This document shows, piece by piece, positions 57,091 to 64,000 of a stretch of 64,000 nucleotides of DNA. Source of the DNA: Candidatus Rokuibacteriota bacterium (GTDB taxonomy: Bacteria; Methylomirabilota; Methylomirabilia; Rokubacteriales; CSP1-6). A model generated the notes under the pieces. That model ran no database searches. It was not told where the DNA came from and was given only the letters and a program-made list of their open reading frames with translations. Numbering within the stretch: the first letter of the stretch is position 1; every line of letters begins with the position of its first letter. The position numbers and the translations under genes are program-made. The stretch spans positions 608 through 64,607 of the forward strand of contig QHSO01000011.1 of NCBI GenBank assembly GCA_003220475.1. Reading direction: 5' to 3'.

Positions 57091-58371
57091 GTGGCAACCA
57101 CGACGGCCAAGCGCAAGCCATGGCACGCAATCTTCAGTTTGCTGGAGCGCGACGAGCGTGTGTTCGCCGTGCTGCTCGCGGTGGCCATGGTGGGCGGCCT
57201 CGCCACGCTCGGTCTCGTGCCGCTGCGTCCGCGCCAACACATCGACCTCTTCGCTCTCGTCGTCTGGTTCGCGCTCTACAAGCTCGGCATCTTCGCGCTG
57301 GTCACCGTGCAGCCACACGCGACGCGCGCAATCTTTCTCGGCGCGCTCGCCATCGACCTGCTGCTCGTCTTCGTGCTGGTGCTGCTCACGGGTGGCGGCG
57401 ACAGCCTCTTCTACCTGCTGTTCTTTCCGCTCGTCGCCGTCAACGCGTATTACTTCGGGCCGTGGATCGCCTTCGTCACCGCACTCGCCGCAGGCGGCCT
57501 CATGGCCGCCGCCGCCTCGCTCGCGCCGCCGTGGATCGGATGGACCGGCGTCACGCTGCTCGTGGTGCTCTTCGGCCTGCCGGCGGTGATCGTCGGGATC
57601 GTCGCCGACCGTGAGCGGCGCGCGCGCGGCGAGGTCGAGGGCCTGCTGAGCCGGCTTCAGGCGGCACAGCAGGAGCTGCTCGTCTCCGAGCGGATGGCGA
57701 CGGTGGGCCGGCTCTCGCTCAAGGTCGCGCACGAGGTGCGCAATCCGATCAGCGCCATCGAGCCCAACGCCGAGATGCTCGGCGACATCGTACGCGCCCG
57801 CACTGGCGCCGACATGGATGAGGCGGGCGGCCTCGTCACCTCGATCCGCGACCAGGTCAACACGCTCGACGCGCTGACCGAGGAGTACCTGGCGTTCGCG
57901 CGCTTCCCCAAGGCGCACTTCGAGGAGGAGTCGATCAACCAGCTGGTGGAAGAGCTGGCGGCCTTCGTGCGTCCCGTCGCCGACCGCCAGGGCCTCACGA
58001 TGCACGTGAAGACCGATCCGGCCGTCCCGATGATGGAGATCGATCGCGCGCTGCTCCGCCAGGCCATCCTGAATCTCGTGAAGAACGGCCAGGAAGCGCT
58101 CTCGCGCGGGGGCGCACTGACGATCTCGAGCGAGGCGCTCGGCGACGCCGTCGAGATCGCGGTGGCGGACACCGGGCCGGGCATCGCTCCCGAGGTGGGC
58201 GGGCGGCTGTTCGAGCAGTTCTTCACGACGAAGCCGCAGGGAACGGGGCTTGGGCTCTCGATCTCGCGCCAGATCATCGAGGAACACGGCGGCGAGCTCC
58301 GCTGGGCGAATCGGCCGGGCGGCGGCGCGGTGTTCACCGTCCGCCTGCCGGTGAAGGTGGCGCGTGCCTGA
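57091..58371 (+). CDS. Membrane-bound sensor histidine kinase
   Basis: Several TM helices, AHEVRNP H-box, NLVKN, DTGPGI, FFTTK..GTGLGL. Confidence 0.93.
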   Translation: MATTTAKRKPWHAIFSLLERDERVFAVLLAVAMVGGLATLGLVPLRPRQHIDLFALVVWFALYKLGIFALVTVQPHATRAIFLGALAIDLLLVFVLVLLTGGGDSLFYLLFFPLVAVNAYYFGPWIAFVTALAAGGLMAAAASLAPPWIGWTGVTLLVVLFGLPAVIVGIVADRERRARGEVEGLLSRLQAAQQELLVSERMATVGRLSLKVAHEVRNPISAIEPNAEMLGDIVRARTGADMDEAGGLVTSIRDQVNTLDALTEEYLAFARFPKAHFEEESINQLVEELAAFVRPVADRQGLTMHVKTDPAVPMMEIDRALLRQAILNLVKNGQEALSRGGALTISSEALGDAVEIAVADTGPGIAPEVGGRLFEQFFTTKPQGTGLGLSISRQIIEEHGGELRWANRPGGGAVFTVRLPVKVARA

Positions 58372-59764
58372 GCGCACGCTGCTGGTCGCCGACGACGATC
58401 CCGGGCTGCGCGAGAGTCTCGAGCGCACGCTCACGCGGGAGGGCTACCGCGTGCTGCTCGCCTCCGACGGCCGCGCCGCGCTCGAGCGGCTGCAGACCGG
58501 CGACATCGATCTGATCGTCACCGATCTGAAGATGCCGGGCCTCACGGGGCTCGAGCTGCTGCGCGCGGCCAAGGCCATCGCGCCCCACGTCGACGTGATT
58601 CTCCTCACCGCCTTCGGCACCGTCGAGGAGGCGGTGAAGGCGATGAAGGACGGCGCCTACGACTTCCTCACCAAGCCCTTCCGCCGCGAGCAGCTGCTGA
58701 AGCTGATCGACAAGGCGCTCGAGCGCCGCGAGCTGATCGAGAAGAACAAGGTGCTGCAGCAACGGCTCGACGATCTGCTGCGAGAGGGCGCGATCGTCGG
58801 CGGCAGCCCGGCGTTTCGTCGCACGATGATGCTGATCGAGCAGGTGGCCGCGTCGTCGGCGACCGTGCTGATCCAGGGCGAGAGCGGCACCGGCAAGGAG
58901 CTGTTTGCGCGCGCGATCCACGAGCGCTCGGGACGCGCCGGTAAACCTTTTGTGGCGGTGAATTGCGCGGCGCTGCCTGAGACACTGCTCGAGTCCGAGC
59001 TGTTCGGGTACGAGCGCGGCGCCTTCACCGGGGCCGCCGGCCGCAAGGAGGGGCGTTTCGAGCTCGCCGACGGCGGCACGTTGTTCCTCGACGAGGTGGC
59101 CGACCTCTCGGCCATCACCCAGCCGAAGATCCTGCGCGTGATCCAGGAGGGCGAGTTCGACCGTCTCGGCGGCACGCGCAGCATCAAGGTGGACGTGCGC
59201 CTCGTCGCCGCCTCCAACCAGGACCTCGCGCAGCTGGTGAAGGAGCGGCGGTTCCGCGAGGATCTGTTCTATCGCCTCAACGTCATCACCGTGCACGTGC
59301 CGCCGCTGCGGGAGCGCCGCGAGGACATCCCGATGCTGGCCCAGCACTTCCTGCGCGTGTACGCGGCCAAGAACAACCGCCGGCTCGACGGCCTCTCCGA
59401 CGACGCGCTCAAGCGCCTGGAGGCCTACGCGTGGCCCGGCAACGTGCGCGAGCTCGAAAACGTGATCGAGCGCGGCGTGGTGCTGGCGCGCGGCAGCCAG
59501 ATGGATGTCGCCGATCTGACGCCCGAGATCGCGGGGGCGACGCCACTGCCGGAGGGCGTGGTCTCGGTGCGCATCGGCACGCCGCTGGCCGAGGTCGAAC
59601 AGCGCCTGATGGACGCGACGCTCGCCGCCACCGGGGGCAACAAGACGCTGGCGGCCAAACTCCTCGGCATCGACGTGCGCACCGTCGCCCGCAAGCTCGA
59701 GCGCTGGGAGGAGGAGCGCAGCGCCGAGGAGGCGCCGCCGCCGATAGACGAGCAGCTCTCGTAG
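58364..59764 (+). CDS. Sigma54-dependent NtrC/AtoC-family response regulator
   Basis: Receiver (DDD, D..MP), GESGTGKE, GAFTGA, WPGNVREL.N, Fis-type HTH. Confidence 0.96.
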   Translation: MPERTLLVADDDPGLRESLERTLTREGYRVLLASDGRAALERLQTGDIDLIVTDLKMPGLTGLELLRAAKAIAPHVDVILLTAFGTVEEAVKAMKDGAYDFLTKPFRREQLLKLIDKALERRELIEKNKVLQQRLDDLLREGAIVGGSPAFRRTMMLIEQVAASSATVLIQGESGTGKELFARAIHERSGRAGKPFVAVNCAALPETLLESELFGYERGAFTGAAGRKEGRFELADGGTLFLDEVADLSAITQPKILRVIQEGEFDRLGGTRSIKVDVRLVAASNQDLAQLVKERRFREDLFYRLNVITVHVPPLRERREDIPMLAQHFLRVYAAKNNRRLDGLSDDALKRLEAYAWPGNVRELENVIERGVVLARGSQMDVADLTPEIAGATPLPEGVVSVRIGTPLAEVEQRLMDATLAATGGNKTLAAKLLGIDVRTVARKLERWEEERSAEEAPPPIDEQLS

Positions 59765-59786
59765 GGACGTACGCTATCCTGACGTC

Positions 59787-60962
59787 ATGAAGGCCCTCCA
59801 GCTCACGCGCGAGTATCCGCCGCACATCTATGGCGGCGCCGGTGTCGTCGTCGATCAACTGACCCAGGCCCTGCGGCGACGGATGAAGGTCGAGGTGCGC
59901 TGCTTCGGCCAGCGCGAGCCGACCGACGACGGCGTCGTCGTGCGCGGCTACACGGCGTGGGAGCAGCTCCGAGCCGACAAGAACGGCGAGCCGCGCTTCG
60001 CCCCGGCGCTGGAGACGCTGTCGATCGACCTCGCGATGGCGCGTGATCCGGTGGACGCCGACGTCGCGCATGCGCACACGTGGTACGCGGACATGGCCGG
60101 GCTCTGGATCCGCACGCTGCACCGCATTCCGCTCGTCGTCACGCTGCACAGCATGGAGCCGCTGCGGCCGTGGAAGGCGGACCAGCTCGGCTCGGGCTAC
60201 CTGCTCTCGTCGTGGATCGAGAAGACCGCGGTCGAGGCGGCCGATCGCGTCATCGCGGTCTCGAACAAGATGCGCGAGGACATCCTCGCGCACTTCGCGG
60301 CCGAGCCGGCGCGCGTGGTGGTGATCCACAACGGCATCGATCCCGAGCGCTTTCGCCGCACCGATCGGCGCGATCACCTCGAGCGCCTGGGCGTGCGAAC
60401 GCCCTATGTGCTGTTCGTCGGGCGCATCACCGACCAGAAGGGGATCTTCCACCTGATCGAGGCCGCTCGCAGCCTGCCGGCGGGCGTGCAGGTCGTCGTG
60501 TGCGCGTCCGCGCCCGATACGCCGGAGATCGAGGAGCGCCTGCGCCGCGCCGTCGCGACGATGCCGAACGTGTTGTGGATCAACGAGATGGTCAAGCACG
60601 ACATCGTCGTGCAGCTCTACAGCCACGCCGCGGTGTTCTGCTGTCCGTCGGTCTACGAGCCGTTCGGCATCATCAATCTCGAGGCGATGGCGTGCGAGAC
60701 GCCCGTGGTGGCCTCGGCCGTCGGCGGCATCCTCGAGGTCGTGGTCGACGGCGAGACGGGCCTGCTCGTGCCGCCCGCGCGACCCGATGCGCTGGCGGCC
60801 GCGCTCACGCGGCTGCTCAACGATCCCGACACTCGCCGGCGCATGGGCCAGGCCGGGCGCCGCCGCGTCGAGGCGCACTTCTCCTGGGCGAGCGTCGCCG
60901 AGCGGACCGAGCGCGTCTACAGCGACGCCATCGCCGATTTCAAGAAGTCCGCCGGCGATTAG
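59787..60962 (+). CDS. glgA: GT4 glycogen synthase / alpha-maltose-1-phosphate synthase (actinobacterial GlgA/GlgM type)
   Basis: TREYPP.IYGGAGV, HTWY, HS.EPLRPWK..QLG.GY, GRIT.QKG, PSVYEPFGIINLEAMAC. Confidence 0.88.
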   Translation: MKALQLTREYPPHIYGGAGVVVDQLTQALRRRMKVEVRCFGQREPTDDGVVVRGYTAWEQLRADKNGEPRFAPALETLSIDLAMARDPVDADVAHAHTWYADMAGLWIRTLHRIPLVVTLHSMEPLRPWKADQLGSGYLLSSWIEKTAVEAADRVIAVSNKMREDILAHFAAEPARVVVIHNGIDPERFRRTDRRDHLERLGVRTPYVLFVGRITDQKGIFHLIEAARSLPAGVQVVVCASAPDTPEIEERLRRAVATMPNVLWINEMVKHDIVVQLYSHAAVFCCPSVYEPFGIINLEAMACETPVVASAVGGILEVVVDGETGLLVPPARPDALAAALTRLLNDPDTRRRMGQAGRRRVEAHFSWASVAERTERVYSDAIADFKKSAGD

Positions 60963-60969
60963 CGCGCGG

Positions 60970-61746
60970 TTGCTCGACCGGCTGCGCGGCTTCGTCTTCG
61001 ACCTCGACGGCTGCGTCTGGCAGGGCGAGCGGCTGAACCCAGGCGCGGCGCGCACGCTGACCGCGCTGCATCGCGCCGGACGCGGCGTCGCCTACCTCAC
61101 CAACAACTCGCGCGCGCGCGGCGCCGAGATGTCGGCCAAGCTCCGCCGTCTCGGCGTCACGCCCGTCGAGCCCGCGCTCACGCCGCTCGAGATCTTCGGC
61201 GACGTCGTGACCGAGCGCTGGGGCGCCTCGCGTGTGCTCGTCATCGGTGCGCCCGAGCTCGCCGCCGTCGTGGCGGCGGCCGGTCACACGATCGTCGACG
61301 TCAAGGCGTGGCGTGACGCCACCGTCGTCGCCGTCGGCAACGACTTCGACCTGACCTACGAGCGTCTCGCCGCCGCCGCGCGGGCCGCTGCCGCCGGCGC
61401 CGCCGTCGTCACACCGAATCTGGATCCTCGGCTGCCGCTGGAGGACGGCGACTTTCTGCCGGGCTGCGGTGCCGTCGTCCAGGCCGTGTGCGTGGCCGCG
61501 GGCGTGCGGCCGGTGGTCGTCGGCAAGCCCGAGCCGCCGTTGTTTCGCCTCGCGCTCGATCGGCTCGGCTGCCGGCCACACGAGGCCGCGATGGTCGGCG
61601 ACAGCGTCGCCTCCGACATCGGTGGCGGCCGTGCAGTCGGCATGCGCACCGTGCTGTACGCGCCGGACGGCGCGCCGCCAGACGCGGCCGACGTCGTCGT
61701 GCGCTCGTTCGACGAGCTCGCACAGATGGCCGGCGTCGCGCACTGA
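60970..61746 (+). CDS. HAD-IIA (NagD-like) hydrolase
   Basis: FDLDG, LTNNS, GKPEP, MVGD..SDI; TTG start approximate. Confidence 0.88.
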   Translation: MLDRLRGFVFDLDGCVWQGERLNPGAARTLTALHRAGRGVAYLTNNSRARGAEMSAKLRRLGVTPVEPALTPLEIFGDVVTERWGASRVLVIGAPELAAVVAAAGHTIVDVKAWRDATVVAVGNDFDLTYERLAAAARAAAAGAAVVTPNLDPRLPLEDGDFLPGCGAVVQAVCVAAGVRPVVVGKPEPPLFRLALDRLGCRPHEAAMVGDSVASDIGGGRAVGMRTVLYAPDGAPPDAADVVVRSFDELAQMAGVAH

Positions 61747-61804
61747 TCCTTGGCGCCGCGCCGGCGCGGCGCTGCGCCGACGCGTTCTGCGGGCTTGCGA
61801 CGCG

Positions 61805-62547
61805 TTACGCGGGCTTGCGGGCGAGCGCGGAGATCGACGAGCCGATGAGCACGCGGCCCCGCGTGGCGGCGCCCGCACCGAGCGCGCAGGCGTGGACGAG
61901 CCGCTTGGCGGCATGCATGGCCGCCTCGCGGGCCGCTGGTCGATCCCAAGCGCAACGACGTCTGGGACGCGGCGGCGGCGGCGCCGGCGCAGGCGGTAGG
62001 CCGCGAGCTGGAAGCGCTCGTTCGGCGTCCGCACGAAGACGCGGCCGCCCGGGACGAGCACGCGCTTGACGTCGGCGAGCATCTCGAGCGGCCGCTGCAC
62101 GAACTCCACGACGTTCCACAGCGTCACGGCCGCAAAGGTCTCGGACGGCAGGCCATTCCAATCCGTGCGCGCGTCGAGGCCGCGCTCGCGCGCCCGGGCT
62201 GCGGCGCGCTCGGCGACATCGATGCCCGTCGGTTGCCAGCCTCGCTCGCGCGCGAGCAGCAGGAAGTCGCCGGTGCCGCAGCCGACGTCGAGCAGCCGCG
62301 CCTCGCCGCTCGGCGGCACGCGCTCGAAGAAATCCGAGAAGACCGCCAGCCGGCGTCCGGCGACGCGCGCGACAGCCAGGTCGTGGCCGTAGAGACGCTC
62401 GTACGCGCCGTGGATGATGTCCATCCGCGGCGGTGGATCCGAATAGGCCAGTGTGCACGCGCCGCAACGCACGAGGCGCGCCTCGCCGCTGGCCGCGATC
62501 TCTGCCGCCGTCGGATGCGCGCAGAGCGGACAGCGCGATGCCGTCAC
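61805..62547 (-). pseudogene. Class I SAM methyltransferase with N-terminal CxxC pairs, disrupted near 61922-61980
   Basis: CPLC..CGAC, LLDVGCGTG, L.PGG...RTPN; interrupted by a 59-bp inverted copy of 63396-63454; C-terminus GSSISALARKPA* is in another frame. Confidence 0.7.
61922..61980. repeat. 59-bp perfect inverted copy of 63396-63454
   Basis: Exact reverse complement match by inspection. Confidence 0.92.
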
Positions 62548-63698
62548 GCGAGACCCAGACTGGCGACCGGCGCCGTGCGCGTGGCCCACCGGGGCACGGC
62601 GCGCCACGCAGTCTGCATGGCCGCGGCGCAGCGTCGACCGTGGCGCAGCGTCCACCGCTCGAGCCGGCGTGCGACGTGATACGCGGCGGTGGAGTAGACG
62701 CGGTCGTAGTAGCCCGCATACAGGCAGAGTCGGGCGCCGAGCTCGGTCTTGAAGCGATAGATGCCGTAGTTCGGGTGCGTCGGCGAGGGTGGGATGTCCG
62801 TGCAGCTCGAGCCGAGGTCCAACACGCGACAGCCGCCCTCGCGCGCCCAGCGGATCCATTCCCAGTGCATCAGGTCGCCCACAGGCAGCGAGCGCGCTGC
62901 CGGTGTCATGGCCGCATAGATGAGATGGGCGGTGCCGCCGAAGCGCACACCGAGCGCGGCGCCCGCGAGCTCACCGTTCACGCTGCCGAGCACGGTGGCG
63001 ACGCCGCCGTCGGCGTCGAACAGCGCGTGGAGCCCTTCCAGGTATTCCGGTGAGGGGACGATCACGGGCTCGTGCGCCCCCCGCTCGAGCATCAGAGCGC
63101 GCAGCACGTGCATGGCCGAGAGACCGCGCACGACGTCGGCGCTGACGGCCTTCTTGCTCGCGGTGGAGATGTGCTGACGACGCTTCTTCGCCATGCGAGC
63201 GAGGATATCGCGCTCGTCGCCCTCGAGATCCAGCCGCATCACGTTGCGTGGCGTGTTCCACAGCGACCACAGATCGGGAAGCCGTCGAAACCCGTGGGCC
63301 TCGAGCGGTGTCCACGATCCGGCGTCGTCGAGTAGCACCGCGGGGCTCGCGCGGACCATGAACGCGCGCGTGCGCTCTCGCGCGACGTCGGCCAGCGCCG
63401 CCGCCGCGTCCCAGACGTCGTTGCGCTTGGGATCGACCAGCGGCCCGCGAGGCGCATACACGACCACGCCCAGCCCGCGCATGCGGCGCGCCAGGAACGC
63501 CGCCGCCGCGAGGCATTCGCCGCCGGCGAACGCGGCGACGCGCAGCGGCGTCCAGCCCTGCCGCGCGCGGAGCTCACCCCACTGCCACGAGTGGCGCGCG
63601 TCGCAATGATCGAACGCGCGTACGACGTCGTTCCACTCCTCGCGGCGCTCGACGATGCGCACGCGCGTGCTGGGCTGGCGGCTTCGCTCCGGCGACAT
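62544..63698 (-). CDS. FemAB/FemX-like (GNAT-fold) peptidyltransferase family protein
   Basis: HSWQWG, YAPRGPL, LDL....DIL..M....R..I, W..IRWA...G....DLG, GIYRFK...GA. Confidence 0.85.
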   Translation of the reverse strand: MSPERSRQPSTRVRIVERREEWNDVVRAFDHCDARHSWQWGELRARQGWTPLRVAAFAGGECLAAAAFLARRMRGLGVVVYAPRGPLVDPKRNDVWDAAAALADVARERTRAFMVRASPAVLLDDAGSWTPLEAHGFRRLPDLWSLWNTPRNVMRLDLEGDERDILARMAKKRRQHISTASKKAVSADVVRGLSAMHVLRALMLERGAHEPVIVPSPEYLEGLHALFDADGGVATVLGSVNGELAGAALGVRFGGTAHLIYAAMTPAARSLPVGDLMHWEWIRWAREGGCRVLDLGSSCTDIPPSPTHPNYGIYRFKTELGARLCLYAGYYDRVYSTAAYHVARRLERWTLRHGRRCAAAMQTAWRAVPRWATRTAPVASLGLA

Positions 63699-63701
63699 CG
63701 C

Positions 63702-64000
63702 TCAGCGCTCGAGCGGATAGCCCACGCGGCGCCAGCCATCGATGCCGCCGTCGAGCAGGTACACGGCGCCGCCGCGCCGGGCCCGGATGAAGTGGTACGC
63801 GCGGAAGAGCCGCTCGTTGGAGGCGTCACCATAGAGGAGGATCATGCCATCGGGCGGCAGCTCGTCGGTGCGCGAGGCCAGCGTCGCGAGCGGCACCGAG
63901 CGAGCGCCAGGCAGGCGACCGGTCTGAAACTCGCTCTCCGGGCGAAGATCGATCGCTGCCACACCGCCGCGCGCGATCAGCGCCGCCGCATTTTCGGGAT
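63702..64000 (-). CDS. Rhodanese-like domain protein (5' end outside window)
   Basis: IDLR..SEF..GRLPGA.SVP, LDGGIDGW...GYP; frame open to the window edge. Confidence 0.8.
   Translation of the reverse strand, partial: PENAAALIARGGVAAIDLRPESEFQTGRLPGARSVPLATLASRTDELPPDGMILLYGDASNERLFRAYHFIRARRGGAVYLLDGGIDGWRRVGYPLER

Overview
Very GC-rich, gene-dense bacterial chromosomal segment (standard code 11; gene content and style suggest a soil lineage such as Candidatus Rokubacteria/Methylomirabilota, which is inference only). No rRNA, tRNA, CRISPR array, phage or IS element is recognisable. Most genes are ordinary: metabolic enzymes, two ABC transporter operons, Ku and split LigD, two RRM proteins, a two-component system, glycosyltransferases and a stand-alone adenylation domain with carrier protein. 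Reading through apparent stops reveals four probable selenoprotein genes that the ORF track breaks or misses, each with a SECIS-like hairpin just 3' of an in-frame TGA: an AhpC/peroxiredoxin, an OsmC-like protein, a small 3-TM membrane protein, and an 82-aa SelW/Rdx-like protein with a double-selenocysteine UxxU motif. A split, divergently arranged bufferin-like RiPP locus (DUF2282 precursor, DoxX, DUF692 MNIO, DUF2063) shares one ECF-type promoter motif with the Sec-OsmC gene and lies next to an ECF sigma/anti-sigma pair. The window also shows many sigma54-type promoters in front of stress-type genes, pervasive leaderless TANNNT-N6-8-start architecture, three copies of a G-rich REP-like palindrome and several local rearrangement scars.
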